Assembly (NCBI GenBank): GCA_951406725.2
Contig: OX597838.1
Location: 23,126,001 to 23,190,000 of the forward strand
Source: Octopus vulgaris
Lineage: Eukaryota
Length of the DNA: 64,000 bases
Reading direction: 5' to 3'
In this document: one piece after another, positions 1 to 13,302 of the stretch
Layout of the letters: every line of letters starts with the position of its first letter
Numbering within the stretch: position 1 is the first letter of the stretch
Program-made: the position numbers and the translations under genes
The notes under the pieces: model-generated
The model's input: only the letters and a program-made list of their open reading frames with translations
Databases searched by the model: none
Told to the model about the DNA's origin: nothing

Positions 1-946
1 CGCCGTGCACAGCAATGCACATTTACTTTCACTGGGCCCAGGGTGCAGCAGAATTCCATGAAATGGCTGATGGATGTAAACACGATGAGAGTCGGGGTGG
101 GGTGGGGTGGGGGTGGAGACGAAGTAAAAAAATAAATAAGGTGGGTGGGTGGGTGGGCGAACCGGAGAGGGAAACATGGAAACATTCACAGGGACAGTTG
201 AGAACATGATGATGACGATGATGCAGTAGATGAGGGTTGTATGTGGGTTGGGGAGTGGTGGCGGAGGTGAGTCATATTTTCAGTGGTGGTGGTGGTGGTG
301 GTGGTGGTGGTGGTGATGATGGTGATGTGGTGATGGTGATGTGGTGACGGTGCTGACAGTGATGATGATGATGATGGAGATGGTGATGATGGTAGTGGTT
401 CGGGAAGGGGATCAGTAAGGGTTAATAGTAATGGACATTACTGTTTCCTTCTGCTCCTCTCTACTACTACTACTACTACTACTGTTGTGGAAGTAGTTGA
501 GAGTAGTGGTTAGTGGTGGGTCAGAGGGCCACTGGTACCAGTGGTGAGAAGTAGTTTCACAGGAGAGGAGGAAGAGGGAATTGCCCAAAAGGACCTTGTG
601 AAAGGAATGGGGGGAGGGGGATTCCCTTTTTATGAAATGTGAGGTGGTGGTAGTGATGGTGGTGGTGGTAGTGGTAGTGGAAGAATTAGGAAGGAGAGAA
701 AGGTGGTGATCAGTGAGTTAGGAGAGGGGGAAAGACATGATAGGAGAGCAAAGATAAGTAGTGGAGAGACGAGAGACAGAGAGAGAGAAAGAAGGAGAGA
801 GAAAATTAAAGGGAAGAGGAAACAATCATTGTGACTCACATAACCAAGAAATGTCTAATTGATTAGTCAAGTGGAATACCATTAAAGCTATTTACACTGC
901 CATCACTGCCCCACACCACCGTCTCTCTTTCTCTCTCTCCCTCATA

Positions 947-1011
<65 letters not shown>

Positions 1012-1152
1012 TCACTCACTCTGGGTCTCATCTTCCTCTAATATAAAGATGAAGACAGAGAAAGTAAACAGAAATTGCACAATGTCTGTCTGCGTGTCTG
1101 TGTCTCGATCAACATGAATCATGTCTATACTAATACCAAAACACGTTCAAAG

Positions 1153-1193
<41 letters not shown>

Positions 1194-1436
1194 CATTTTC
1201 GTATCTGTTCTGCCAAGTTTGCACGGAATGGAAGGGCTTTTTCTCTAGTGCAAGTTCTTCTTTCCCACTTGTTGCCATCCTTTGTTATCTCATTCGTCAG
1301 GGTCAACATCCTGAGATCAGCTCTCTCTCTCTCTCTCATCATTTCTACCCATGCCTTCTTTGCTTGTCTCCATTCATTAGGTCTATCCACTTACACCTTC
1401 CAGCTTTCCATTATCCAGCTGTCACCATTCACCAAC

Positions 1437-1479
<43 letters not shown>

Positions 1480-1805
1480 ATAATATTAGGGAGTATATCC
1501 AAACTTACAGGGAAAAATTAGATTTAGGATTAAATCAAATTTCACAGTATAAATATAAATTAAATTAGAGATAAAACCACTATTATGCAACTCAAACAGT
1601 GATGGACATAAACCAAAACATAAAAAGCAAAAAATAAATATAATTAATATAATATATAATATAAAATTTTACAATTTATATTTTTAAATTTTTAAACTTA
1701 AAAATTTTTTTTTTAATAACTAACCAAAAAGTATAAAAAAGTTAAATATAATATAATAATAGTGGTTTTATCTCTAATTTATATATATATATATATATAT
1801 ATATA

Positions 1806-2191
1806 CTCTTACTTGTTTCAGTCATTTCACTGCGACCATGCTGGAACACTGCCTTTAGTCGAGCAAATCGACCCCAGGACTTATTCTTTGTAAGCCTAGT
1901 ACTTATTCTATCGGTGTCTTTTGCCGAACTACTAAGTTATGGGAACGTAAACACACCAGCATCAGTTGTCAATCAATATTGGAGGGGACAAACACAGACA
2001 CACAAACATATATACATATACATATATACGACGGGCTTCTTTCAGTTTCCGTCTACTAAATCCACTCACAAGGCTTTGGTCGGCCCGAGGCTATAGTAGA
2101 AGACACTTGCCCAAGGTGTCACGCAGTAGGACTGAACCCGGAACCATGTGGTTGGTAAGCATGCTACTTACCACACAGCCACTCCTGCGCC

Positions 2192-2192
<1 letters not shown>
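1806..2192 (-). mobile_element. tRNA-derived SINE family A (internal TA/TG microsatellite)
   Basis: Head GGCGCAGGAGTGGCTGTGTGGTAAG...GGTTCAGTCC and tail GACTGAAACAAGTAAGAG, with many copies in the window. Confidence 0.85.
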
Positions 2193-2222
<30 letters not shown>

Positions 2223-2324
2223 CAATGAAATTCCAAGCTAGTCTGATTTTCACGTTTCAATATTTACAATTTTTACAATATAATAACAGAATATTATATA
2301 TTTATTGTGCTAAAACTAGTACTT

Positions 2325-2557
2325 ATTTCTTTACTACCCACAAAGGGCTAAACACAGAGGGGACAAACAAGGACAGACAAATGGATTAAGTCGATTATAT
2401 CGACCCCAGGTGCATAACTGGTACTTATTTAATCGACCCCGAAAGGATGAAAGGCAAAGTCGACCTCGGCAGAATTTGAACTCAGAACGTAACGGCAGAC
2501 GAAATACGGTTACGCATTTCGCCCGGCGTGCTAACGATTCTGCCAGCTCGCCACCTT
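2325..2557 (-). mobile_element. SINE family B (Meta-domain-like core)
   Basis: Core GTCGACTTTGCCTTTCATCCTTTCGGGGTCGAT..AAGTACC, with a 15-bp TSD CTAAAACTAGTACTT at 2310-2324 and 2558-2572. Confidence 0.85.
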
Positions 2558-2560
2558 CTA

Positions 2561-2598
2561 AAACTAGTACTTTCATGCATTATGCAATCATCAGGCTT
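2561..2598 (-). ncRNA. Degenerate minimal hammerhead ribozyme motif
   Basis: AAGC CUGAUGA U UGCA UAA UGCA U GAAA GUAC U A GUUU. The core is intact, stem III is the palindrome AGUACU and stem I is AAGC/GUUU, but the stem II closing pair is U.U. Confidence 0.5.
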
Positions 2599-3452
2599 AT
2601 GCAGTAGCAGTGACAGTCGTGTTTCACAAATGACAACTATATATATCTCCCACTTGATCAGTGCTCAGCCGAGCACCATCTTTCTTTCTTGGCCTGACTG
2701 CCGCTCGCACAATGCCTGTTTATGTCTCCATAACTTAGCTGTTCAGCAAAAGTATTGATAGAATAAGAAGTACCAGACTTTAAAAAGAAAAAATAAAGTA
2801 CTGGAGTTGATTCATTCGACTAAAAATTCTTCAAGGTGGTGCCCCAGCATGGCCACGGTCTAATGACTGAAACAAAGCGAGAGGCACCTTTGAAAAAGGT
2901 CACTGCCCTTCAACTCTGCAACAGACCAGCAGCCCATTCAGGGGGAATATTGTGATCCTCATCATTTACATGTCACAGAGACCAGGTCTTATGAGTCCTA
3001 GGGCCAAAGGAAAATGGAAAAGCATTCAACAGCACATACCCACCTTCTTTCCACTCCAGCCCTTAACACGCCCCCTATATTCAACGCCTGTGTTACTCAA
3101 CCACACAGCATCACACATCACACACTTCAAACACCAAACAAGCTGCCCTTCACTCAGAGAAAGAATCCTTTTGTCGCTAATCAAGGTTACAGCTTCCTGA
3201 AAACCTTTCTGTCTGTCGGCCCCACTCCATCCTTACCCCTGGCTAATAAACTATAAGAACACCCATTTCCACAGCTTATTAGGTCACCCAGGTAAGGGAA
3301 GACATTAACTACGTTTATGACGGGGGGGGGAGTGGGGGTCCTTTCTAAACACTTGAAAGGAATTTTATTTTCACAGGTGCTCTGACAGCTAACTACCTAC
3401 TCCCGTCCATCTTTTACAGACCAAGTCTTTTCTTCTCAGCCAATCTCATTAT

Positions 3453-3687
3453 ATAAGTTAAGTTAATTTTTTGGCTCAAAAAGCAAAAAGCAAGGCCATG
3501 TAGGGGGACATGGAGTTATGTACAGGGGTGTTCATGCAAAGAGTTCAGGCCATTTCTGGTCAAGAGAGGCTTTGAACCGAGCGGTTGTCGGCATCTTCAC
3601 TATCTCGTCCGGCAGCTTATTCCACGGATCCGCATGGAGAAAGCCCCTCTCCTTTGATTGAGATGAAATCGTAGCAGATAGAGCTCA
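3453..3687 (-). mobile_element. CR1/L2-type LINE 3' end
   Basis: RRGAFS...DPWNKLPDEIVKMPTTARFKASLDQKWPELFA*, followed by a short 3' UTR and an (AACTT)n tail. Confidence 0.8.
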
Positions 3688-3984
3688 CTCCACACACTGT
3701 TCCATATCTTACTCCCTCTAACCACCACCACCACCATCATCATCAACATCAACAATACCCAGAGGGTTTAAAGTAGCAACACCATCCTCCCACCACCAGT
3801 ACGTGTAACCTTAACACCCGGTAAGATATTTCGGCACTCTTTTACGTTTTTGTCTCTCATCCCGTGAAGGAAATAGAGGGAACCCCGAGAACTGTCAAAA
3901 GTGACGAGAGATGTAACCAAGAGCCAATACCTCTTCCTCATAAACTCTGTAAAGATTGTTTATTCCGATATCAATGGGTTTAGC

Positions 3985-4245
3985 TTTTTATTCTGTTACT
4001 AGTTTCAGTCATATGACTGCGGCCATGCTGGAGCACTGCCTAAAAGGTGGTTTTTAGTCAAAGAAATCGACCCCCCACCCACCGGACTTATTCTTTGTAA
4101 GCCTAGTACTTATTCTATTGGACTCTTTTGTTGAACCATTAAGTTATGGGGGATGTAAACACACCAACATCGGTTGTCAAACAGTGATGGGGGAGGGGGC
4201 AAACAGACACAAAGACATGTACACATAAATATATACATACATATA

Positions 4246-4313
<68 letters not shown>

Positions 4314-4480
4314 ATGAGGTTCTTTCTGTTTCCATCTACCAAATCTACTCACAAGGATTTGGTCAGCCCGAAGCTATAGCAGAAGACACTTGCTCAAGGT
4401 GCCAGGCAGTGGCACTGAACCAAGAACCATGTGGTTGGGAAGCAAGTGTCTTACCATACTTCATCCTTACTCCTGCGCCT
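3985..4480 (-). mobile_element. SINE family A copy
   Basis: Colinear with 1806-2192. Confidence 0.8.
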
Positions 4481-4639
4481 TGTTTAGGTTCACAAAAGAA
4501 CTCCCTGAGAGAACACGTTTCAGTGGCCAAAAACATGTCAAACTGTGCAAAACATTAGAGAAGGACACCTCGATGTTTCCTGCAATAAATATACCTGATG
4601 CAAAATTCTTTCATGGATCCTTAAAATACTAGCTGCGGA

Positions 4640-4858
4640 CCACACAAGGGGCTAAATATAGGGGAACAAACAAGGACAGACAAAGGGATTAAGTCAATTA
4701 CATCGACCCCAGTGCATAACTGGTACTTAACTTATCGACCCTGAAAGGATGAAAGGCAAGGTCGACCTCGGCGGAATTTGAACTCAGAACGTAACTGCAG
4801 ACGAAATACCGCTAAGCATATCGCCCGTCGTGCTAACTTTTCTGCCAGCTCGCCACCT
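4640..4858 (-). mobile_element. SINE family B copy
   Basis: Colinear with 2325-2557. Others lie at about 5866-6070, 11120-11335, 19445-19640, 34657-34856 and 53175-53320. Confidence 0.8.
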
Positions 4859-6576
4859 TTACCAGCCATCAAACTGTCCAACACATGCCAGCATAGAAAA
4901 CTGACATTAAATGGTGGTGATGATGATGATGATGGTGATGTATGAAATGAGGGCTAATTAAAAGTGGGAAAACAAGCATAGACATTAGTGCTTTGGACAG
5001 GCAAAGGGTTAAAATAATGGACAGCTGACCGTATCAACCTGTTGTATTTGACAGGTACTTTATTTTGTTGACATCCACCACCACCCTTCTCCCAACCCCC
5101 TGGAAAGATGAAAGACAGGAACTCAGAACTGTGAAGTCCCAATCTAAAAATACTACAAGGAATGTTATTTGACACTGATAATTCTCCGAATCCATTGACC
5201 TGATGATGATGATGATGACAGTGGTGAAGATGAAGATGGTGGTGGTGGGTGGTGGTGATGACAGTGGTAATGATGATGACCAGTGGTGATTATGATAATA
5301 GTGATGATAATGGTGGTAGTGATAACAGTTATGATGATGATAATAACAAGTACAATAGATTATTGTAATTACATTAATAACGATAATTATAAGTTTTAAT
5401 GATTCCCAATATTTGGTTCCTGCTAAATTTAAATCAAGTCTGGGAAACAGAGTAAAGGGAAGTTAAATCCACGAAAATTTTTACCAATACCAAGAATACT
5501 TTTATTTTCATTTTCTCAGTCATTAGACTGTGGCCATGTTGGAGCACAACCTTGAAGAATTCAGTCAAACAAACCAAGTCCAGTACTTTTCGCTTTTGCT
5601 CTTTTTTTTCTCAAGTCTGGTATTTATTCGAGCAGTTTCTTCATTTTTTTTTTCGGTGAACAGCTGTAGATACAGAGATGTCAATAAACCAACACAGGTT
5701 GCAAAGCAGTGCTGGGGGGTGGAGAGAACAAATACATACACACACACTTTCTGTCAACCAAACTCACTTTGCAAGAAATTGGCTACCCACTCCCTCAAAA
5801 TTTCAGGCCTTGTGCCTGCCTACAGTAGAAAGGATTACTAATATTATTATTATTATGGCAGTGAGCTGGCAGAATCCTTAGCACACCGGGCAAAACGCTT
5901 AGCAGTATTTCGTCCATCCTTACATTCAGAGTTCAAATTCCATTGAGAGCAATTTTGGCTTTTATCCTTTTGGAGTCAATGAAATAAGTACCAGGTGTGC
6001 ACTGGGGGCCAATGTAATCAACTAGCCCCCTCCCTCAAAGTTTCAGACCTTGTGCCTATAGCAGAAACATTATCATCACCATCATTAGTAGTAGTGGTGG
6101 TGGTGGTGGTGGTGGTGGTGGTATGCTCTACATTTTGAATCAAAGAAATCTCTTGGAGCAGGTGGTAAGTCTTAACTTTAGCAGGGCAGAAACAGAAGCA
6201 AAGGAAATGCTGATAAAGAATCTTAGACTTTCTCATTTATTTGTTTTCTTTTAATTATTTATTATTTTTTTTGTTTTTGTTTTAATTCCAATTTTGTGAT
6301 TATTTTGTACTGTCAGCGCTATTGGGAGAGATATTTTGAAATTCGAGTTGGAATTATGGAATTGATAGAATAACTTTAGAAGTGTGCATGTGTGTGTGGA
6401 GGTGGTGGTGGTGGGGCATATAGGAGAAGGAAAGAGTGTAAGGGGTGGGGAGGGAGAAGGAAGGGGAAGGTGAGGAGAATGGTGGGGTGGGGTGCTGGTG
6501 GGGGTTAGCAAACTGGAGTTCTATAATTCTTCACTGTGAAGTCTGGCAATCAAAATTCTTGCTCTGTGTGTGTGTG

Positions 6577-6632
<56 letters not shown>

Positions 6633-7504
6633 TACAGACATGGACAAGAACATGAAACGCCACAGAACGACACAAGAACCACAGGACGGGACATACGAAG
6701 CCCTCAGTCATCAGTCAAGAACCAGATCATCTTAGCAATTTCTGATTAATCTTGAGATTGCTCCGATATGGCCAGCCCGCCACGGGAAATCTAAGCCAAG
6801 TGCATTAGATCCCATGGAAGAAAGCTTCGAATGTATACAACACGAGGACGGAAAACGAACGAAGTACACGAACAAAAATACAGAATACGTGACAACAATA
6901 AGAATACAAAAACGTGGGCTAGCTTATGAAGTTGTGCCTAATGGCATGGCCACAGCTCATTAGCTGAAACTAGAAAAATCAAATCAAATCATATATATAT
7001 ACACACACACACAATCACACACGCATACAAATACACACACACACACACACACAAACACACACGCATACAAATATACACACACACACACACACATATATAT
7101 ATACATATATATACAAACACACACAAACACTAAAAAGTGCTCGTGCCAGTGCCAGCTAATAAGCACTCGTGTTGATGCCACGTAAAAGTGCCTGCGCCTG
7201 TGGCACATTAAAAGCAACCAGCACGCACTGTAAAGTGGTTGGCGTTAGAAAGAGCATCCAGCTGTAGAAACCAAATCAGACTGGAACCTAGTGTAGCTTC
7301 CCAGCTTTGGTCAAACTGTCCAACCCATGCCAGCATTGGAAAACGGACATTAAAGGACGAAGATGAATAAACTGCTTATACTTGTAGAATACCCGAAATA
7401 TTTTAACAATTTTTTTATACAATTCCTGATAATATTTAATTCTAAAAACATGGCAGGATTTTTTTTAAACATTGAATGGCTCAGAGGGTCCATCTGAGTA
7501 AAAC

Positions 7505-7738
7505 GTGATATGACAATTTGGCGCATAGGCAATTCAGGGCATAGGCAATTCGGCACATAGGCAATTTGGCACATAGGTAATTCAGTGCAGGGTATCTTAT
7601 TGAACTGAAGTAGAGGTTATGTTTGGGATGAAAAAAAAAAAAAAGGGGAAAAATTTCAATTATTTATTTAAAAACGAGTAAAGATAAAAAAATACAAAGA
7701 GAATTACATATATTACATGCGCTGAATTGTCAGTACTC
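7505..7738. mobile_element. Mutator-like MITE nested in an hAT-like MITE remnant
   Basis: Imperfect 21-bp TIRs, 10-bp TSD TGAGTAAAAC (7495-7504, 7739-7748), and about five subterminal 16-bp repeats (GGCAATTCGGCACATA). Confidence 0.72.
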
Positions 7739-7934
7739 TGAGTAAAACAGGAATCAAAGGGGTCCATAGGTAAAAAAAAAAAAAAATGATTGAGAAACAC
7801 AGCCATGACCTTTCAAAACCAATGAAGGAGCTTCAATGTGGTTGTTTGACCTGTTAGAAATAGTTGTTACATTTTCCTCACATCACATCTTACTGTTGTG
7901 ACGAGATCAGTATTACTGTATTGTAGTATAGCAC

Positions 7935-8410
7935 AAGGACTTCCTGCCACCACCAGGGCCCACAGGCATTCCTTGCAGCTGCCATCAATGGCCACAGGTA
8001 TTCCCCGCCACTACAAGGAACCAAAAGGATTCTCTGCCATCATCAGGGGCCACAGGAACTCCCTGCCATCATCAGGGACCACAGGGACTCCCTGCCATCA
8101 CCAAGGGCCACAGGGACTCCCTGCCAACATCAGGGGCCAGGGGACTCTCCACCATCCCCAGGGGCCACAGGGACTCCCCCGCCATCACCAGGGGCCACAG
8201 GAACTCCCTGCCAACATCAGGGGCCAGGGCACTCCCCACCATCACCAGGGGCCACGGGGACTCCCCGCCATCACCAGGGGCCACAGGGATTCTCTGCTGC
8301 AATCAGAGACCACAAGGACTCCCCACCACCAAAGCCCACAAGGACTCCTCACCAACACCCTCAGAGGTCACAGGACTCCTCACCATCCCAGAATCTGCAG
8401 AGATTCTCCA
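7935..8410. repeat. GC-rich minisatellite, ~29-bp unit, ~16 copies
   Basis: Unit TCAGGGGCCACAGGGACTCCCTGCCATCA, most homogeneous in the centre. Confidence 0.9.
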
Positions 8411-8692
8411 TTATCCTACACTACTATGACTGACCCGACTGGCTACATTAAGTACGGCCAGACGTTAATAATCAATAGCAGATCAATCCACTAATCAATA
8501 CCAGTAAGTGAACCTATAAGCTGCTGTTCGATCGACTCCTAGAAACAGTAACCAAATCACTTTCTATATTAAACTCTGTAAAAGGAAACAATACAATCCT
8601 AGATGCAGTGTGTAAATATGGATGGGATGGTCGCAGTTAGAATGTCTTTTCATAAGTATGCTTCAATAAAGCTGATCTGCAGCTAAACAACA

Positions 8693-9230
8693 GTGACTCC
8701 CACCACAACCACCAACAACTGTCTACAAGGACTCTTCTGCTGCTAGAAACAGCAACCAAATCACTTTCTATATTAAGCATTCTACAAGGAAATGTTCTGA
8801 TGTAGTCCTGGATACAGTGTGTGAATATTGATGGGATGGTCACAGTCGGAATGTCTGTGACTTCCACCACAACCACCAACAATTGTCTACAAGGACTCTT
8901 CTGCTGCTAGAAACAGCAACCAAATCATTTTCTATATTAAGCATTCTACGAGGAAATGTTCTGATGTAGTCCTGGATACAGTGTGTGAATATTGATGGGA
9001 TGGTCACAGTCGGAATGTCTGTGACTTCCACCACAACCACCAACAATTGTCTACAAGGACTCTTCTGCTGCTAGAAACAGCAACCAAATCACTTTCTATA
9101 TTAAGCTTTGAACAAGGAAATGTTCTGATGTAGTAATGAATACACTGTGTGAATATTGATGGGATGGTCGCAGTTGGAATGCCTGTGACTCCTACCACAA
9201 CCACCACCAATTGTCTCCAAGGACTCTTCT
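8693..9230. repeat. 164-bp tandem repeat, ~3.3 copies plus a diverged upstream unit
   Basis: ACAAGGACTCTTCTGCTGCTAGAAACAGCAACCAAATC recurs at 164-bp spacing. Confidence 0.92.
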
Positions 9231-9363
9231 TGTCCACTCTATAGCAAGACACCTTTAAATGCAGAAGCCATATACTTTCAAGTCGCTGTGATTAAAAACA
9301 AATAAAAACAAGCGACCAACGTCACTGATTCTTCAGTGAGAGAGAGAGAAGGTGTGTCTGAGA

Positions 9364-10043
9364 TAGCCTCGGGCCAACCAAAGCCTTGAGAGTGGATTTG
9401 GTAGACGGAAACTGAAAGAAGCTCGTCGTATATATATATGTGTGTGTGTGTTTGCCAACATCGCTTGACAACCGATGCTAGTTTATTTACGCCCCCGTAA
9501 CTTAGTAGTTCGGCAAAAGAGGCCGATAGAATAAGTACTGGGCTTACAAAGAATAAGTCCTGGGGTCGATTTGCTCGATCGACTAAAGGCGGTGCTCCAG
9601 CATGGCCTCAGTCAAATGACTGAAAAGAGTAAGAGAGTAGGTGTGAGAGGCCAGATCTGGCTAGTGAAACCCTTTAGCATTCAGAATGCTTTGTCAATAG
9701 TAATAGGCGCAGGAGTGGCTGTCTGGTAAGTAGCTTGCTAACCAACCACATGGTTCCGGGTTCAGTCCCGCTGCGTGGCATCTTGGGCAAGTGTCTTCTA
9801 CTATAGCCCCGGGCCGACCAATGCCTTGTGAGTGGATTTGGTAGACGGAAACTGAAAGAAGCCTGTCGTATATATGTATATATATATGTGTGTGTATATG
9901 TTTGTCCCCTCAGCATTGCTTGGTGTGTTTACGACCCCGTAACTTAGCAGTTCGGCAAAAGAGATCAATAGAATAAAGGCGGTGCTCCAGCATGGCCACA
10001 GTCAAATGACTGAAACAAGTAAAAGAGTAAAAAGAGTAAAGAG
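9364..10043 (+). mobile_element. Two SINE family A copies (5'-truncated 9364-9636; near full-length 9705-10043)
   Basis: Same body and (AAAAGAGT)n tail as other family A copies. Confidence 0.8.
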
Positions 10044-10747
10044 TAATACTAATTTATTCAAATTGTTTTGAATTAATCATGCATTATCTTGTAGCTTTGA
10101 GACTTCAACGATGAGATTTTCTATTCTGGGACTGGCATTACAGGGTAGGTATGAGAAGCTGGATCTGACCAGTTTGAACATAAAACAGGTAGAGTATTTT
10201 GGCTGGATATGGCCAGTTTAAAGGCTAAACAGTGAACAGGTGACTAACGCCAATGATAGTCCAGCAAGGGAGAGAGAAAACATGTCAAAGTGTTGTCAAG
10301 GCATTCATGCCTTTTTTTTTCAGCACTGCCAGTTAGGTGTCCAAACCAGGTCACTGACCAACCAAACTATACCATAAACTATCTCTAAACTCAAGTTGGA
10401 GCTTAACAAATGACTAATACTACTGACTGTGCAGAGAGAGAGAGAGAGAGAAATGCGACAGACAGAAGAGTTGTTGAGACATTCATGCCTTTTTTTCTAA
10501 TAGCATTACCCAGTTGTCAAAATGAGGCCACAAACTAACACACCGTACCTTCAACCACCAGTAAACTGAAGTAAGAGCTTACAGACTCCACACCCCACCT
10601 CCTTAGCAGTGCTAACCACCTGAAATATACTTAATCCTAAATCTCTTAAAACTGAGATTAATTAACTTGGCTAATTACTAACAGCACTTGTTGCCCTCCG
10701 TACAACAACCAATTCAGCTGGATATTGGATATAAACATAATAATAAC

Positions 10748-11098
10748 AGGAGCACTCAGAGAATGCAAACCTCTGCCAAGGCAACACCAATGTCCTCTTA
10801 ACGATCAACCAGAGATGGTTTTTAAAATGAGAATATCTGAAATAAACTCGACTGCTCTCACAAATGAAAATACTAAAAATGAACCCGACCGCTCTCAAAG
10901 ATTAAGTAAAAAATCCAGAAAGATAATCCAGAATCCTTGTCCAATATCAGATCGAAAAATCTAATCAGCCAAACATCCCTGAAAGTTTCATCCGGATTCA
11001 TCCAGCGGTTCTTGAGATATCTTGTCCACAGACAGACAAACAAACAAACAAACACGACTGAAAACAATATCCCTGCCTTCGCTAAAGGCTGATGTAAT
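10748..11098 (-). mobile_element. Helentron-associated / DINE-1-like (HINE) element
   Basis: Subterminal inverted motif, (GTTT/GTCT)n microsatellite near one end, terminal hairpin and T-rich insertion site. A second copy lies at 37978-38252. Confidence 0.55.
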
Positions 11099-12870
11099 AA
11101 TAATAATAATAATAATAATGGTTTCAAATTTGGCACAAGGCCAGCAATTTGAGGGGAGTGGGTAAATCAATTACATCAACCCCAGTGTTCAATTGGTACT
11201 TATTTTATCAACCCCCAAAGGATCAAAGGCAAAGTCGACCTCAGCAGTGTTTGAACTCAGAATGTAAAGTCGACAGAGATGTCACTAAACAGTTTTTCTG
11301 ATGCACTAATGATTTCGCCAGCTTACCACCTTAATAATAATTAATAATAATAATCCTTTCTAATAAAGGCACAAGGCCTGAAATTTTAGGGGAGGGGACT
11401 AGTTGATTACATCAACCCCAGTGTTTTACTGGTATTTAATTTATCAACCACAAAAGGATGAGAGGCAAAGTCAACCTTGGCAGAATTCAACGCTAATAAT
11501 AATATGGTTCAGATGCATCTGGTGCACCTTTATCAGATGGGTATACTGGGCTTCGCATATTTGTACCCCAGTGTCACTATTATGGCACGCACTGCTCTCT
11601 CACTCAATAATAATAATAATGCCCGGATGCAGTACCAGGCAGTGGTTCTTGTGGTTTCTGATCTTAACTGATTGGAAGTGTTATCATGAACATTGTTCTG
11701 TCTTGGTATAAAAGATGGGCTACAGCAAATATTCTGCTCAACACCACAGATTTGCTTCTCAGTTGTTTGACCATAACCAGTTGAGCATGTCCCTTAGTGG
11801 CTGACGATATGTGCATCTCTGATCACGAGCAGAAGTAGTGGGGGAGCATCATAGCCATGTTTTGAGAGGAATTTTTTGGGGTTTGGATAATACACCTTTG
11901 GAAACATGGGTGTTTCGTTCAACATCCTTAAATAATCCTTATTCAGGGACCTTTTGAGCGGGATGGGCTAATCGACCTGAAGAAAATTCTAACTAGGCCT
12001 CTCCTGTAAGGTCATGCGCTGTTTAATCTTGATATGAGATCACCATGTCGCGCACATATGGTTATGATGCATGTGCCTGGTGTACCCTTATCAGACAAGT
12101 AGTAATGATGGGTATACTGGGCTTCATATATTTTACCGCAGTATTACTTTGATGGTACAAGGTTACCCGCCCGGAGAGAGAGAGAGAGAGAAATCATGAA
12201 CTAAGACAGGAAAAGGTGTGCTGCTGCAAAGGAGACATATGGTTACCCAACCTGAGGGAAGTGTAGGAGAGACGGAGTGGGAGACAGCAGGATAGAGGTA
12301 GTAGCAAAGTCCAGGCATACTCACAAGGGATGAGGATCAGAATATAAATGGGATGGTTGAGTAAAAGCAGAGCAAGATATAGATGGTGGTATATGCCAGG
12401 GCATATCTTGAGGTTCAAAGGTACATAATTAAAGAGTACAAATTTAGTAATTTAGTAGATGGAAACTATGTGGAAGCCCATTGTATATGTATGTGTGTGT
12501 TTGTGCACATGCACATCTGTGTGTGCACCTCCAAGAGTATGTGTATGTGCATCTATAAGTTTGTGAGTGCATAAGTGTATGTGCATGCATGCAGGTATGA
12601 GCATGTATATGTGTGTGTGTGTGTGTGCATGTTAACACTTATTACCACTACACAAACACCTAGCAACCGGTATTGGTTTGTTTACATCCTTATACCTTAG
12701 CAGGGCAAAAGAGACCAATAAAATAAATACCAGACATTAAAAAAAATCAATAAGTACAGGGATCAATTATTTTTTTTCAACTAAACCTTTTGAGGCAGTG
12801 CCCCAGCATGGCAGCAGTCCAGTGACTGAAACAAAGCAAACAAAAAAATATGATAAAAAGGTTTACTTAC

Positions 12871-12928
12871 CAGGGGCCGAGCAATCGGCACAGACCTCCG
12901 CTGTGATTCTAATATTTCCTCTGGACAT
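12871..12928 (-). CDS. Git: First coding exon of ARF GTPase-activating protein GIT (GIT1/GIT2 family), start of the ArfGAP zinc finger
   Basis: The minus strand reads ATG TCC AGA GGA AAT ATT AGA ATC ACA GCG GAG GTC TGT GCC GAT TGC TCG GCC CCT G|GTAAGT = MSRGNIRITAEVCADCSAP. This matches the GIT1 N-terminus (MSRKGPRAEVCADCSAPD), and the phase-1 donor falls where I recall the first GIT1 intron. Exon 2 was not found in 1-12870, so the gene continues beyond the window start. Confidence 0.93.
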
Positions 12929-13269
12929 GTGAGGGTATTATTAAACTTTATCTCCAGGATTTATTTTTAAGAAAAATTGATTATAAATACTACTACTACT
13001 TGCTAATATTAATAGTAATAATAATAATAATGTTATTATTATTATTACTATAATATCAACTTAATCCTTGCAAGGCGAAGCTGAATGAATTGCTGGTGGT
13101 ACCAGTTTGTGTTTGAAACGGATGTAAGGGCCGAGGAAGATTCAGAAAGACTAAACAACTGCCACCACTAATCACCTACGATGGCTCCAGTTTTGTCAGC
13201 CATGCCAAGCTGGAGCCAGCTTCTTGTGGTTGCAATTGTTATTGTTGCTGTTATTTGGTCGTTGTTATC

Positions 13270-13302
<33 letters not shown>

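Noticed and set aside
7898-8494. 198-aa ORF with GPQG motifs resembling collagen
   Set aside because: It is the translation of a ~29-bp minisatellite. The unit is not a multiple of 3, the frame drifts, and there is no continuous Gly-X-Y.
1-12870. Git exon 2 (expected DPxWAS...CDECCSVHRSLGRH)
   Set aside because: Not found by eye on the minus strand. It probably lies beyond the window start, though I may have missed it.
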